NCBI GenBank assembly: GCA_964605155.1
Contig: CAZSAK010000017.1
Location: 136 to 64,135 of the forward strand
From: an uncultured Chromatiaceae bacterium
Lineage (GTDB): Bacteria; Pseudomonadota; Gammaproteobacteria; SZUA-140
DNA: 64,000 bases
Direction of reading: 5' to 3'
Each line of letters begins with the position of its first letter. Positions within the stretch are counted from its first letter, which is position 1. Below the pieces are notes generated by a model. It saw only the letters and a list, made by a program, of their open reading frames with translations, did not search any database and was not told the origin of the DNA. A program made the translations under genes and the position numbers. Below, piece by piece: positions 22,692 to 34,653 of this stretch.

Positions 22692-25600
22692 CTAACCAAT
22701 CTGTTGAATAAGTTCCTCAGCTTCCCGTTTCTGTTCTTCATTACCCTCACCTACCACCTCGGTTAGGATGCCACGCGCGCTTTCCTTGTCATCCATATCG
22801 ATGTATGCCTTGGCAAGATCAAGCTTGGTGTCAACCTCATTGCCATCGGAAATAAGATTATCGTCCTCCATCTCACCAGATGAATCATCGTCCAGCGAGA
22901 TTTCATCATCGATATTGGAAAGCCACTCGATATCATCATCCAGACTGGTATCGTCGTCGCCAGACTTCTTGCCAGCCTGCAGATCCATCTCCTGCGCATC
23001 GTCGGTATTTGATTCGCCGGAGGGCGTGCCGGAGATTGCCTCATTTCCGCTTGAATCGTCATTGGAATCAATATCCGAATCAAAATCTTTGTTCAAGGCA
23101 TCCAGTTCGAAGTCGAGCGCATTTTCCCTTAGCTCGTCATCTCGGCTTGTATCAACACTGGCATCGATATTGGTTTTATCCTTATTGTCATCCTCGGAGT
23201 CTAGTGCTGCGCTCAGCCCCGACTCGAATTCTATGCTATTGCCCATATTCTCCGCAGACGTTCCGGAAGCCCTCTCAGTCTTGGCTACATCGGACTGTTG
23301 AGCATCTTCTAGGGAACTTGCAACTGCCAGGCCCGGTTCAAAATTGATGACATTACTCTTGTCTTCGCTGGTTTCATCACGGGCAGATTCTTCGGCCCGG
23401 ATTTCATTCGTCTCCGCAGGGAGATCCTCCAGGGATGTCTCTGACTGTTCGTCCATATCAAAACTCGGCAGATCGTCATCGGCCTGATTGAGCGCTGTTT
23501 CATCCGATGGCTCGGCTAGCGACCCTGATCGATCATCTATGTCCTGGTTCTCGTCATCCGTCATGGCAAAGGATGCGGGCTGTTCATCAGCATCGAATAA
23601 GGCGACTGATTCCTCCGGATCGGTGGTGACTGTATCCTCGGTCGCTGCTTCATTTGTCCCGGACAGCTTTTCTGTCTTCTCCTCGAATGACAGGTCTTGA
23701 TCCATTCCCTGCTTGCCGGGATCCTCGTCGATATCGATCTTGTCTAACGTATCAGGGCTATCGGAGAAGATCGTCGACAGGTTATCGTCAATATCGTCGT
23801 CAATCATGGCGCCAGGCTCGCTGGGAATGCTGCTGTGATCATCGGCGCTGCTGAACAGCGGATGATCCGGCGTCAGCTTTTTGCCTATCTGAACCACTTT
23901 ATCCCATACCGGCCCACCCTGTGGACCGATAGTGGCATAGAGTTCCTCGGCCTGTGCAACAAAACCGTCAACGTCCTTGCTCTCGGCATATACTTCCATC
24001 AATTTCAGCTTGTAATCATTCCGGTCGGGTTCATTCTGCAGGGCGCCATTCAATAACTCGATGGCCTTGTCAAAGCGGCGATAGGCAAGATAGACATCGG
24101 CCTCAGCGAGGACGTCCATTTCATCGGAATCGGTTTCAATCGCGTCCAGAGCCGATTCCGCCGTATAGCCACTCACGGCGCTCGCGATTGCAGAATCAGA
24201 TTCATCGGCAACCTGGTCTGCAGCAGCCAGAATTCCTTCCTCAAATCCGTCTGATGCCACCTGGCGCTGACGGACCTTCATCCATATCAGGATCAGGACA
24301 ATCACGACCACCAATCCACCCAGTCCCAGTGTCAGCGGATCCCTCATTAACATGGTGAAAGCGCTGTCTCCTGCAGGTTGCGCGGCAGGCGGCGCCGGTT
24401 TCGGTGGTGTTGCCGGTTGCGGCGGCGGGGCTACCGGCTGCTGTGCCGATTCCGGTACTTCAACCTCGGCGAGCGGTGCTGCTTCGGCCTGTTCCGTTTG
24501 CGGTGTGCCACCCGCAGCCTGTTGTTGTGTCGCACTACCCTGGATGGCGGCCATGGTGTCATCCTTCAAAGTAACCAGCCGCTGCATGGAAGCAAGCTGA
24601 TCTTCCAGGGCGGATATCCGGTTACGCAGTTCCTCGTTCTCCTGGCGGGTCACGTCCGATGTCTCGAGCGCCATGTTCAGTTCTTCGCGCAGAGACTCCA
24701 GTTCTGCGTTCACGTTCGCAAACCCTGCGCCTGTTTCCGACCCGGACTCCCCTGAGCTCGGGGCTACCAGTTTCAATTGCGCCTGGCCCCCGGTCTGTTT
24801 GCCGGCTGTCGCCGAAGGGGCGCTTGATGATGCATCCGTGCCGACAGCACGTTGTCCGGCCGCTTGTCCGGCATTGCGTTTCGCGTCCAGCCATTGTTGA
24901 TACTGGAGCCGGGACTCCCGCAACGCCTCCTGGGCACTCATCGCGTTAATCGAATCCGGATCGCTGATGCGCAGGACATAGCCGGCCTTCAGTTCATTGA
25001 TGTTATTGTTATAAAAGGCGTCCGGATTATTCTTCAGCAAGGCCATCATGACCTGGTGCACGGTCACAGAGCTATCCGGCCGCAATCGGGTTGCGATCGA
25101 CCACAGGGTATCGGTTCTAGTGACAGGCCCGTATTGCAGCCCACCGGAAGCACTATGCAGTGGTACCGCCTGATCCGGTCCACGAGATACAGATGTACTG
25201 GCCGTCGTATTTTCGACACTTGTTTCCGGGCCCGGGCGCGGTTGTTGCGACGGCCTACTGACGGTTTCGGTGGCCGCCTCAACCGGTGACGGTTTTTCAT
25301 TCAACAATACGGGGGGATCCAGCAACACGGTATATTCCCGCATCAATCGCCCGTTCGGCCAATTAACCTCTACCAGAAAGTCCAGAAAGGGCTCCTTGAT
25401 AGCATCTTTCGATGACACCTTGATATACAGGCCGCCTTCCGGTTTCTTGTCGATTTCGAATTTCATCGACGACAGGTACACGGGACGGTCCAGATCTGCG
25501 CGGGCAAAGGCATCACTCGATGCCAGATCTACCTTGAGTTCGTCGGGATTGATGGAATTAGCGGATAAAAGTCCGATTTCGGCGTCCAGCGGCTGGTTCA

Positions 25601-25697
25601 GAGCAGAATGTAAGCGAATATCACCCAATCCCAGGGCGTAGCTGTTGAAAGGCAAAAGTAACGACAATGCGGCAATTCCAATCGCCAGACTTCGCAA
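22692..25697 (-). CDS. fimV: FimV/HubP polar landmark protein
   Basis: ALGLGDI...SALNQPL.AEI, REYTVLLDPP, LysM (DTLWSIA), one TM, EADVYLAY TPR, acidic linker, TKLDLAKAYIDM C-terminal motif; TTG at 25697 with AGGAG 8 nt upstream preferred to the longer ORF start. Confidence 0.95.
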   Translation of the reverse strand: MRSLAIGIAALSLLLPFNSYALGLGDIRLHSALNQPLDAEIGLLSANSINPDELKVDLASSDAFARADLDRPVYLSSMKFEIDKKPEGGLYIKVSSKDAIKEPFLDFLVEVNWPNGRLMREYTVLLDPPVLLNEKPSPVEAATETVSRPSQQPRPGPETSVENTTASTSVSRGPDQAVPLHSASGGLQYGPVTRTDTLWSIATRLRPDSSVTVHQVMMALLKNNPDAFYNNNINELKAGYVLRISDPDSINAMSAQEALRESRLQYQQWLDAKRNAGQAAGQRAVGTDASSSAPSATAGKQTGGQAQLKLVAPSSGESGSETGAGFANVNAELESLREELNMALETSDVTRQENEELRNRISALEDQLASMQRLVTLKDDTMAAIQGSATQQQAAGGTPQTEQAEAAPLAEVEVPESAQQPVAPPPQPATPPKPAPPAAQPAGDSAFTMLMRDPLTLGLGGLVVVIVLILIWMKVRQRQVASDGFEEGILAAADQVADESDSAIASAVSGYTAESALDAIETDSDEMDVLAEADVYLAYRRFDKAIELLNGALQNEPDRNDYKLKLMEVYAESKDVDGFVAQAEELYATIGPQGGPVWDKVVQIGKKLTPDHPLFSSADDHSSIPSEPGAMIDDDIDDNLSTIFSDSPDTLDKIDIDEDPGKQGMDQDLSFEEKTEKLSGTNEAATEDTVTTDPEESVALFDADEQPASFAMTDDENQDIDDRSGSLAEPSDETALNQADDDLPSFDMDEQSETSLEDLPAETNEIRAEESARDETSEDKSNVINFEPGLAVASSLEDAQQSDVAKTERASGTSAENMGNSIEFESGLSAALDSEDDNKDKTNIDASVDTSRDDELRENALDFELDALNKDFDSDIDSNDDSSGNEAISGTPSGESNTDDAQEMDLQAGKKSGDDDTSLDDDIEWLSNIDDEISLDDDSSGEMEDDNLISDGNEVDTKLDLAKAYIDMDDKESARGILTEVVGEGNEEQKREAEELIQQIG

Positions 25698-25824
25698 TAT
25701 CCTATCTCCTATTTTTTCCGGGCAGATCTTCATTGAGCGTCCAATCTGGATCAAACTGAAATGTATAATGCAATTTTTATTCCAGATAATTGCCACCCTT
25801 GGTTACCCCGAGACTTGCAAACAC

Positions 25825-26850
25825 CTAATTAAGGAATTCTTTTACCAGAATTTCCGCTATTTGAACACTATTTAGTGCCGCACCCTTGCGTACATTATCC
25901 GAGACCACCCACATATTCAAACCATTGTGACATGAGAGATCCTCCCGAATACGACCGACATACACCGGATCAGTACCGGCCGCTTCCGTCACTGCGGTCG
26001 GATAACCTCCCGGCTTGTGTTTATCCAGCACTACAACGCCGGCGGCCTTTTTGAGTAACGTGCTGGCATCTTCGGCACTGATCTTGTTTTTTGTTTCAAT
26101 ATGCACTGCTTCCGAGTGCCCGTAAAAAACCGGGACACGTACACAGGTCGGATTCACCAGTACGCTGTCATCTTCCAGGATCTTATGGGTTTCCCATATC
26201 ATTTTCATCTCCTCTTTGGTATAGCCATTCTCCTGAAATTCATCGATATGGGGTAACACATTAAAGGCGATCTGTTTCGGATACACGCCGGTTTGAACCG
26301 GTTTGCCGTTCAACAGGTCGGCGGTCTGCCTCGCCAGTTCTTCGATGGCCTCCTTGCCGGTCCCGGAAACGGCCTGATAGGTACACACATTGACGCGGTT
26401 GATGCCCACCGCGTCGTACAGAGGCTTGAGTGCCACTACCATTTGAATAGTGGAACAATTGGGATTGGCAATAATATGACGGTTATTGTAGTCGGCGATC
26501 CGGTGCGGATTGACCTCCGGAACCACCAGCGGAATATCCTCATCGTAGCGAAACCTGGAGGTGTTATCGATCACGATGCAACCCGCGGACGCCGCCTTGG
26601 GTGCATATTCGGCCGATACACCGGCACCGGCAGAAAAGAGTCCGATCTGAACATCTGAAAAATCAAATTCTGCCAGATCCTGTACCAAGATATCGTTTCC
26701 TTTATAACTGATCCTTGAACCAGCGGAACGGCTGCTTGCCAATGGAAAGAGCTTTTTCAACGGGAAATTCCGCTCCTCCAGAATGGCGATCATGGTCTCG
26801 CCAACCGCCCCGGTTGCACCGACAACTGCCACGTTGTATTGATTATTCAT
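25825..26850 (-). CDS. asd: Aspartate-semialdehyde dehydrogenase
   Basis: GATGAVG, ANPNCSTIQ, CVRVPVFYGHSE, DNVRKGAALN. Confidence 0.97.
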   Translation of the reverse strand: MNNQYNVAVVGATGAVGETMIAILEERNFPLKKLFPLASSRSAGSRISYKGNDILVQDLAEFDFSDVQIGLFSAGAGVSAEYAPKAASAGCIVIDNTSRFRYDEDIPLVVPEVNPHRIADYNNRHIIANPNCSTIQMVVALKPLYDAVGINRVNVCTYQAVSGTGKEAIEELARQTADLLNGKPVQTGVYPKQIAFNVLPHIDEFQENGYTKEEMKMIWETHKILEDDSVLVNPTCVRVPVFYGHSEAVHIETKNKISAEDASTLLKKAAGVVVLDKHKPGGYPTAVTEAAGTDPVYVGRIREDLSCHNGLNMWVVSDNVRKGAALNSVQIAEILVKEFLN

Positions 26851-26930
26851 CGACCAGAACTTCCCTACCTTAATATATTAACTACCGTAAATACCTTGAT
26901 CTTTATCACAGATATATATATCGAACACTT

Positions 26931-28004
26931 TCATATAGCTGCAGCAATCGCATCACCCATTTCAGCGGTCGTCACCCTGTTGGTGCCCGGCGTATGGATA
27001 TCTGCAGTACGGTAGCCGTCATCCAGTACCCGATTCACCGCTGTCTCGATGCGCGCAGCGCATTGCATCTCACCCAGCGAATAACGCAGCAACATGGCGA
27101 GCGACAGGATTGTCGCGACTGGATTGGCAATCCCCTGGCCGGCGATATCCGGTGCCGAGCCGTGAATCGGCTCGTACATGCCCTTGCCCTCCTCATTAAG
27201 TGAGGCGGACGGCAGCATTCCGATGGAACCCGTCAACATGGCGGCACAATCGGAGAGGATATCACCGAACATGTTGGTTGTAACAATAACATCAAATTGC
27301 CTGGGCTGACGCACCAGTTGCATAGCAGCATTATCCACATACATATGACTCACTTCCACATCAGGGTATTCTCCGGCGACAGTTGTCATGACCTCACGCC
27401 ATAACTGTGTACACTCAAGGACATTCGCCTTGTCCACAGAACAGACCTTTTTGTTCCGCTTCTGTGCGGTTGTGAATGCGACACGGCCGATACGCTCGAT
27501 CTCTGATTCACTGTAGACCATCGTGTTAAATCCTTGCCGCTCACCGTTATCAATCACGCGTATTCCACGTGGCTGACCGAAGTAGATACCGCCCGTCAAC
27601 TCCCGCACGATCATGATATCCAGTCCTGAGACAATGTCGGGCTTCAGTGAAGAGGCATCCGCCAACTGTGGAAACAACACTGCAGGCCGCAGATTGGCAA
27701 ACAGGGACAACCCGGAACGAATACCGAGCAATCCCTTTTCCGGTCGCAGCGCAATATCAAGTGATTCCCATTGCGGTCCGCCGACGGCACCCAACAGCAC
27801 CGCATCGGCCTGTCTGGCCATATTCAGTGTCTTTTCCGGTAACGGATGTCCCGTCGCATCGATCGCGGCACCGCCGATCTGTGCATGCTGGATATCAACC
27901 GACAAGCCGTGAGATGTTTGCAAACGCTCCAGTATCTTTTCCGCTTCGGCGATGATCTCCGGACCGATACCGTCCCCAGGTAACACAAGAATTGTTTTTG
28001 TCAT
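26931..28004 (-). CDS. leuB: 3-isopropylmalate dehydrogenase
   Basis: [40 protein letters not shown]. Confidence 0.98.
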   Translation of the reverse strand: MTKTILVLPGDGIGPEIIAEAEKILERLQTSHGLSVDIQHAQIGGAAIDATGHPLPEKTLNMARQADAVLLGAVGGPQWESLDIALRPEKGLLGIRSGLSLFANLRPAVLFPQLADASSLKPDIVSGLDIMIVRELTGGIYFGQPRGIRVIDNGERQGFNTMVYSESEIERIGRVAFTTAQKRNKKVCSVDKANVLECTQLWREVMTTVAGEYPDVEVSHMYVDNAAMQLVRQPRQFDVIVTTNMFGDILSDCAAMLTGSIGMLPSASLNEEGKGMYEPIHGSAPDIAGQGIANPVATILSLAMLLRYSLGEMQCAARIETAVNRVLDDGYRTADIHTPGTNRVTTAEMGDAIAAAI

Positions 28005-28026
28005 CGATCAACCATATGTTGCGTGA

Positions 28027-28680
28027 CTAGACCTTGCTGTTGTTGTTGAACAGCCAGGGGGCGCTACGGCGGCGATTTTCTTCATATCGTTTGATCTCAT
28101 CTGTATGCTGAAGCGTCAAACCAATTTCATCAAGGCCGTTCAACAGGCAATGTTTGCGAAATCCGTCGATATCGAACGCAAACACCTCGCCTTCCGGAAT
28201 CGCCACGGTCTGTTCGGGAAGGTTGACGACCAGCTTGAATCCCGGAAACACCTCGACCTGCTTGAACAGCTTGTCGATTAAGTGTGGCGGCATGATGACG
28301 GGCAATACACCGTTCTTGAAACAATTGTTATAGAAGATATCAGCAAAGCTTGGGCCGATAACCACCCTGAAGCCGTAATCAAGCAATGCCCACACGGCGT
28401 GCTCGCGGGATGACCCGCAACCGAAATTATCCCGTACGAGTATTATAGTGGCGCCGGCGTAACGCCGCTGGTTCAGTACAAAATCAGGATTCAGTGGACG
28501 TCCGGTGTTATCCATGCCCGGCTCGCCGTGGTCCAGGTAGCGCCATTCATCGAACAGGTTTGGACCGAAGCCGCTGCGCTTGACCGATTTCAGAAACTGT
28601 TTGGGTATGATGGCATCGGTATCGACATTGGCCCGATCCAGCGGCATGACGATACCCTCTACGATATTAAAGGCCTTCAT
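28027..28680 (-). CDS. leuD: 3-isopropylmalate dehydratase small subunit
   Basis: [24 protein letters not shown]. Confidence 0.98.
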   Translation of the reverse strand: MKAFNIVEGIVMPLDRANVDTDAIIPKQFLKSVKRSGFGPNLFDEWRYLDHGEPGMDNTGRPLNPDFVLNQRRYAGATIILVRDNFGCGSSREHAVWALLDYGFRVVIGPSFADIFYNNCFKNGVLPVIMPPHLIDKLFKQVEVFPGFKLVVNLPEQTVAIPEGEVFAFDIDGFRKHCLLNGLDEIGLTLQHTDEIKRYEENRRRSAPWLFNNNSKV

Positions 28681-28803
28681 TACTATTCCACCAAGAGAGA
28701 TATCAGATTAATGTAAAATTTCCCGCGCAATTGGCAAACCATCCACCTTATCATGAAATGTCACTGTCTCCCGGTTGCAGTGAACCGGATCTTTTGTGAT
28801 GAC

Positions 28804-30219
28804 TCAATGGGCGCGCTCCAGTTCCGAGACATCGACAAAATGTCCTGCCACGGCAGCCGCAGCAGCCATTGCCGGACTGACAAGATGGGTACGCCCACCT
28901 TGCCCCTGTCGGCCTTCAAAATTCCGGTTCGATGTGGAGGCACAACGTTCACCCGGTTCCAGTCGGTCGGCATTCATTGCAAGGCACATGGAACATCCGG
29001 GCTCCCGCCACTCAAATCCAGCTGCAAGGAAAATTCTGTCCAGGCCTTCCTCTTCGGCCTGGCGTTTAACCAGGCCGGATCCGGGAACCACCATGGCAAG
29101 CTTGATGTTGCCGGCAAGCTTATGGCCGCGCACGACCGCAGCGGCCTCTCGCAAATCTTCAATGCGCGAATTGGTACACGAGCCGATGAAAATCTTGTCC
29201 AGCTTGATGTCCCGAATCCGGGTTCCGGGCGCCAATCCCATATACTGCAAGGCACGCCGCATTCCCTCAATCTTGGTGGTATCGGTCTCACCGGCCGGGT
29301 CCGGTACGCGGCCATCGACCGGCACCACCATCTCGGGTGACGTACCCCATGAGACCTGCGGCCTGATCGTGGCGGCGTCGATATCCTCGACCTGATCAAA
29401 CTGTGCGTCTGAATCACTGTGCAAATCGCGCCACACGGCCACGGCCTGTTCCAACAAATCACCCTTGGGTGCTAAGGGACGGCCTTTTACATAGTTGATG
29501 GTCTTGTCATCCACGGCAACCATGCCCGCGCGCGCGCCGGCCTCGATACTCATATTACAGATCGTCATCCGGCCTTCGATGGATAGATCCCTGATCACAT
29601 CGCCGCCGTATTCGATTACATAACCGGTGGCGCCGGCGGTTCCGATCCTGCCGATGATGGCAAGCGCAACATCCTTGGCTGTCACACCCGGTGCCAGACG
29701 GCCGTTGACCGAGATCAGCATATTCTTTGATTTTTTCATGACCAGGCATTGCGTTGCCATGACATGCTCGACCTCGGATGTGCCGATACCGAAGGCCAGT
29801 GCTCCGAAGGCACCGTGGGTTGATGTATGGGAATCTCCGCAAACAATGGTCATCCCGGGAAGGGTGGCACCCTCTTCCGGACCGATGACATGCACGATCC
29901 CCTGGCGAGGATCATTCATGTGAAATTCGATGATACCCAGTTCCGCGCAATTACGATCGAGCGTCTCGACCTGGATACGTGATACCGGGTCCGATATCCC
30001 GCGGCTGCGGTCCGTCGTCGGGACATTATGATCCGGAACTGCCAGCATCGAATCTACACGCCACGGCATCCTGTGCGCCAGCCGCAAGCCCTCGAAGGCC
30101 TGTGGCGAGGTCACCTCATGCACCAGATGACGATCTATATATAGAATACTGGTCCCGTCATCATTCCTGCGGACCTCGTGGGATTCCCATAATTTGTCAT
30201 AAAGTGTCTTGCCGGCCAT
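28804..30219 (-). CDS. leuC: 3-isopropylmalate dehydratase large subunit
   Basis: [48 protein letters not shown]. Confidence 0.98.
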   Translation of the reverse strand: MAGKTLYDKLWESHEVRRNDDGTSILYIDRHLVHEVTSPQAFEGLRLAHRMPWRVDSMLAVPDHNVPTTDRSRGISDPVSRIQVETLDRNCAELGIIEFHMNDPRQGIVHVIGPEEGATLPGMTIVCGDSHTSTHGAFGALAFGIGTSEVEHVMATQCLVMKKSKNMLISVNGRLAPGVTAKDVALAIIGRIGTAGATGYVIEYGGDVIRDLSIEGRMTICNMSIEAGARAGMVAVDDKTINYVKGRPLAPKGDLLEQAVAVWRDLHSDSDAQFDQVEDIDAATIRPQVSWGTSPEMVVPVDGRVPDPAGETDTTKIEGMRRALQYMGLAPGTRIRDIKLDKIFIGSCTNSRIEDLREAAAVVRGHKLAGNIKLAMVVPGSGLVKRQAEEEGLDRIFLAAGFEWREPGCSMCLAMNADRLEPGERCASTSNRNFEGRQGQGGRTHLVSPAMAAAAAVAGHFVDVSELERAH

Positions 30220-30401
30220 CGGTCATTGCACCCGTATCATTCATAACCATCTTCTCTATCATAGCACTATTTCACTATGCTAACCTATTGTATCAACAGG
30301 ACTACTGGCATTGCGCCAGGCGGTTATTCCGCTTGTATACCTGTTATCTGCATGCGAAGATTACAAAAAACAAGGTCATCAAGAGATTTATCAGCCACGA
30401 C

Positions 30402-31274
30402 ATGTCCACCGCGATAAAAGCACGCATCATCGATGGGAAAAGTATCGCCGCCGGGATACGCGGGCAGATCAAACAGCGGGTCACTGAGCGCATCGCCCGG
30501 GGTGCCCGACCGCCCGGCCTGGCGGTCATCCTGATCGGCAATGATCCTGCCTCCGAAGTCTACGTACGCAACAAACGCAGGGCGTGTGAAGAAGCCGGTA
30601 TTGTTTCCCGATCCCATGATTTGCCAGCATCCATCCCACAAAAGGAACTGGTCGAGCTGATCGACCGGTTAAACGATGACAGTGACATTGACGGCATACT
30701 GGTGCAATTACCATTACCCGAACATATCGATACCGAAACGATCATCGAACGCATCCGCACCGACAAGGATGTCGACGGCTTTCATCCCTATAATATCGGC
30801 CGCCTTGCACTGCGCATACCGCTGCTGCAACCCTGTACGCCGCGGGGCATCATGGTATTACTGGAGCATACGGGAGAACCCATCAGGGGAAAACACGCGG
30901 TGGTCGTCGGCGCCTCGAATATTGTCGGCAGACCGATGGCGATGGAACTGTTGTTGGCGGGCAGCACCGTGACGACCTGTCATCGATTCACGACTGATCT
31001 TGCCAGGCATATCTCACGTGCCGATATCATGGTGGTCGCCACAGGCAAGGCGGGCCTGATAAAGGGCGAATGGATCAAACCGGGTGCCATCGTCGTCGAC
31101 GTCGGCACTACCCGCAACGCCCATGGAAAACTGGTCGGTGACGTCGAATTCGATGTGGCGGCGGAACGCGCCGGATGGATCACACCGGTGCCGGGCGGAG
31201 TTGGCCCGATGACCGTTGCGATGTTGCTGGAAAATACCTTGTATGCTGCCGATCAGCTGCACGCCGAGATCTGA
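30402..31274 (+). CDS. folD: Methylenetetrahydrofolate dehydrogenase/cyclohydrolase
   Basis: [41 protein letters not shown]; ATG at 30402 (the longer ORF overlaps leuC). Confidence 0.97.
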   Translation: MSTAIKARIIDGKSIAAGIRGQIKQRVTERIARGARPPGLAVILIGNDPASEVYVRNKRRACEEAGIVSRSHDLPASIPQKELVELIDRLNDDSDIDGILVQLPLPEHIDTETIIERIRTDKDVDGFHPYNIGRLALRIPLLQPCTPRGIMVLLEHTGEPIRGKHAVVVGASNIVGRPMAMELLLAGSTVTTCHRFTTDLARHISRADIMVVATGKAGLIKGEWIKPGAIVVDVGTTRNAHGKLVGDVEFDVAAERAGWITPVPGGVGPMTVAMLLENTLYAADQLHAEI

Positions 31275-31466
31275 CGAAAACCCACCCCATTTATTTCCGC
31301 AGACATGGCTTTAATAACGGCCAACTCCTGAAACCTGCCCCTGATGTGTAAAGCAGAACTTACAAAACACTTGAAAATCAAAGGATCTTTTGAACATCCC
31401 GACCCCAAGTAGTATAATAGACCTACCCTTCAATAATCATATCCGTAGGTATCAGTTGTAACAAAT

Positions 31467-34085
31467 ATGATCCGTCATGTTGAATCTGTGGCCTGCCACG
31501 CGTATCTTGGTATGTCCGGCATATCTCGCATGAGTGCGAATAAAAAAACAGCATCGCCACGCATACTCTCTGCATTAGTCGTGGGCGCCATATTCAGCGT
31601 CTGTGAACCCCTGTCTGCCGCCACCATTACAGTGGACAGTGATGTGGATGCACTTATCAGTGACGGAAATTGTACCCTGCGGGAGGCGATTATCTCATCC
31701 AATACGGATTCGCCGGTAGATGCCTGCACTCAAGGCAGTGGATCGGATGTGATTATATTACCTGCAGGGACGTATATCCTGACGATACCCGGAACGAACG
31801 AAAATGCATCAGCGGACGGGGACCTCGATGTAACCAGCAACCTGACTATCAGCGGTGAGGATGCAACCACTACGATAATCGATGGCAACGGCGCGATCAC
31901 CGGTGAACGCGCAATTACCATCGGATCTTCAGGAAACAGCAGCTTCTCCGTCACGATAAGTGATGTAACGATCAAGAATGGAGCAACCGCCACCATAGGT
32001 GGCGGCATATTAAATTACGGTAACACGACGCTTACGAACATAGTAGTAACAGGCAGCACAGCGACCCAAAATGGCGGTGGCATATACAACTTTTTGGGCA
32101 ACATGACGCTCACAAACGCCACCATATTACAAAATACTGCGGCAACCAACGGCGGCGGTGTTTATAACCTGTCAACGTTAACTATCATTGATAGTAATGT
32201 CAGCAATAATACAGCCACAACCGGATTTGGTGGCGGTATCGCAGCCTTAGGCAACAACTTTACGGTCACCGACAGCATGATTATGGATAATACCGCGGCA
32301 ATCTCTGGTGGCGGTATCCACGCTGCCTCGGGCGTAACCCATATAACCGGCTGCACGGTCAGTGGCAACACTGTAATCAATGGAAACGGTGGCGGTATCT
32401 ATAGCGATGGCGGTTTTGAATTCAATATAGCAGCCAGCACCATCAGTGGAAATTCAGCTCAGATAGGAGGGGGCGGTGTCAACATCGGCAGGGGTACTGC
32501 ACTGATCATCAATAGTATCATTAATGGAAATACATCTTTGGGCGACGGTGGCGGTATCAATAACAACGGGGCATTGACTGTGAATATGAGCGACATCAGT
32601 GAAAATACTGCTGTCAATCATGGCGGGGGCATCAGTAACGCAGCCAATATTGCAGCCAGGAGCACTACCATCAGTGGAAATACAGCTCAAGGTAACGGTG
32701 GCGGCATATGGAACAACAATGGCGGCGTGCAGATGAATAACGTAACCATTACCAACAATACTGCAGATAATGACGCTGACGATTCTGGTGACGGCGGCGG
32801 GTTGTACACGAATATCGGCCTGAACAACATCAGCAATACCCTCATCGCAGGAAATATCGACGGTAGCAGTAGTGCTGAAGTACCTGATTGCCTTGGCGAC
32901 ATCAATTCGCTCGGTAATAACATCGTTGGAGACGACACGGGATGTAATTTCACTAATAATACCGGAGATATCGTGGGTACTACAGGCAATCCTGTAAATC
33001 CGCTTCTGGGCCCGCTCGCCGACAATGGTGGCGACACCCGAACACATGAGTTGCTGGAAGAAAGCCCGGCGATTGACACTGGGAACGACGCGAGTTGTGA
33101 AGTCCAGGATCAACGTGGCATCGACCGTCCCCAGGACGGTAACAACGATAATGTTGCGATATGTGATATTGGCAGTTTTGAACTTCAGCTCAGTCCAAAT
33201 GTGGTTTATGTTGATCCTGTGAATCCGCCGGATGACCTGCAGATGCCGTTCGACAGGCGCGTGATCAATACTTTCCCTACGCTGGACCTGAGTGTAACGA
33301 ACAGTGGCAGACTCGATCTGTTAGTTCGGAGAATCGGTAGTTTTGAACGCCTGGAGCCACCGTTCTCCCTGGATGAAGACTGTACTACGGCTCCGATTCC
33401 CCCTTCCGGCAGCTGCGTTATTACTGTCCAGTTTTCAGTGGCGCAAGTAGGCCAGTTCTCCGACAGTTTTGATATCATTACCAATGATCCTGACGAGTCC
33501 ATCGTCGTCGTCGACGTCAGTGGCGAGGGAGTCCTTGCATTGAACAACACTCCCCCGTCGGCACCTGAACTGATTGCACCGGAGAACGGCGCGACTGGAC
33601 AGGATCCCGATAACGTTGATTTCCAGTGGACGCGCGCCGATGATCCCGACAACGACACGCTCACCTATTCGATATTGCTCTGCACAGACGCCACGCTGTT
33701 TATATGCCCAGACCCTCAACCGCTCCAGGGTCTTACGTCAAGCATTGATCAGGAATATCTCTATGCGGGCCTGGGGACATCCGGAATATTGTTTGGTCTT
33801 TTCGGTTTTACCAGCGGACGTATTCAACGCAGGACGCGCCTGGGATTGCTGATACTCGCCTCGCTGGCTGCCAGCCCGCTGCTGATTTCGTGCGATACGG
33901 GCCTCAAGGATGTCGATGTCTCCTCGGCACTCAACTCAACCCCGTTGGGTGTTTCCTTCGGTAATTTTACGCCCGGCACGACCTATTATTGGAGGATTGA
34001 TGTGGCTGACGGGAAGGGTGGTACCGCCTCGAGCAATGTGCGAAATTTCAAAACAGCGGACGCCCCGCCGGCAGACTCCCAATAA
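31467..34085 (+). CDS. Secreted CSLREA / GGGI beta-helix / choice-of-anchor Q surface protein with Ig-like and interrupted Fn3-like domains
   Basis: Signal peptide, CTLREA, many N.A..GGGI repeats, LGPLADNGG...SPAID.G...DQRG...CDIGSFE, ASH/Ig-like domain, Fn3-like C-terminus; start uncertain. Confidence 0.85.
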   Translation: MIRHVESVACHAYLGMSGISRMSANKKTASPRILSALVVGAIFSVCEPLSAATITVDSDVDALISDGNCTLREAIISSNTDSPVDACTQGSGSDVIILPAGTYILTIPGTNENASADGDLDVTSNLTISGEDATTTIIDGNGAITGERAITIGSSGNSSFSVTISDVTIKNGATATIGGGILNYGNTTLTNIVVTGSTATQNGGGIYNFLGNMTLTNATILQNTAATNGGGVYNLSTLTIIDSNVSNNTATTGFGGGIAALGNNFTVTDSMIMDNTAAISGGGIHAASGVTHITGCTVSGNTVINGNGGGIYSDGGFEFNIAASTISGNSAQIGGGGVNIGRGTALIINSIINGNTSLGDGGGINNNGALTVNMSDISENTAVNHGGGISNAANIAARSTTISGNTAQGNGGGIWNNNGGVQMNNVTITNNTADNDADDSGDGGGLYTNIGLNNISNTLIAGNIDGSSSAEVPDCLGDINSLGNNIVGDDTGCNFTNNTGDIVGTTGNPVNPLLGPLADNGGDTRTHELLEESPAIDTGNDASCEVQDQRGIDRPQDGNNDNVAICDIGSFELQLSPNVVYVDPVNPPDDLQMPFDRRVINTFPTLDLSVTNSGRLDLLVRRIGSFERLEPPFSLDEDCTTAPIPPSGSCVITVQFSVAQVGQFSDSFDIITNDPDESIVVVDVSGEGVLALNNTPPSAPELIAPENGATGQDPDNVDFQWTRADDPDNDTLTYSILLCTDATLFICPDPQPLQGLTSSIDQEYLYAGLGTSGILFGLFGFTSGRIQRRTRLGLLILASLAASPLLISCDTGLKDVDVSSALNSTPLGVSFGNFTPGTTYYWRIDVADGKGGTASSNVRNFKTADAPPADSQ

Positions 34086-34101
34086 AACTTAAGCAATACT
34101 G

Positions 34102-34569
34102 TTACTGCTGGGCCCGCAACATCCAGGCGGTCTTTTCATGTATGCGCATACGGTCGGACACCAGGGCGACAGTGGATTCATCTGTCAGCTCCTGGGCGAT
34201 TGACATGACATCGCGGCATGTCTTGACGACCTGTTCATGGCCCTTCGTAAGGATATCGATCATTTCCTGTGCTGAAGGCACGCCGTCGACCTCCTTGATG
34301 GAACTCAACTCCGCAAACGCCTTGTAGGTCCCTGGTGCGGGCACGGCCAGCGTGCGGATACGTTCGGCGATATCATCTACCGCAACTGCGAGTTCGGTGT
34401 AATGCTCCTCGAACATCAGATGCAATTCACGGAACTGCGGGCCTGTGACGTTCCAGTGAAAATTATGAGTCTGCAGATACAGTGTGTAGGAATCTGCAAG
34501 TAATCGCTTCAAGCCCTCGGCGATCCTGACGCGATCCGCCTCTTTGATGCCGATATCGATTTTGCTCAT
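34102..34569 (-). CDS. dps: Dps DNA-protection/ferritin-like protein
   Basis: [34 protein letters not shown]; ATG at 34569 with GGAG RBS. Confidence 0.95.
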   Translation of the reverse strand: MSKIDIGIKEADRVRIAEGLKRLLADSYTLYLQTHNFHWNVTGPQFRELHLMFEEHYTELAVAVDDIAERIRTLAVPAPGTYKAFAELSSIKEVDGVPSAQEMIDILTKGHEQVVKTCRDVMSIAQELTDESTVALVSDRMRIHEKTAWMLRAQQ

Positions 34570-34653
34570 ACTCGTCACTCCCTCTTTTATATACAAGATG
34601 AAAGATTATACAACTTACCAGAAAATCATATTGGAAAGACATACAGATACATA

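Noticed and set aside
30220-30400. Leucine attenuator upstream of leuC
   Set aside because: No Leu-rich leader peptide or terminator visible
29979-30401. Long N-terminal extension of FolD
   Set aside because: Overlaps leuC on the opposite strand; FolD homology starts at ATG 30402
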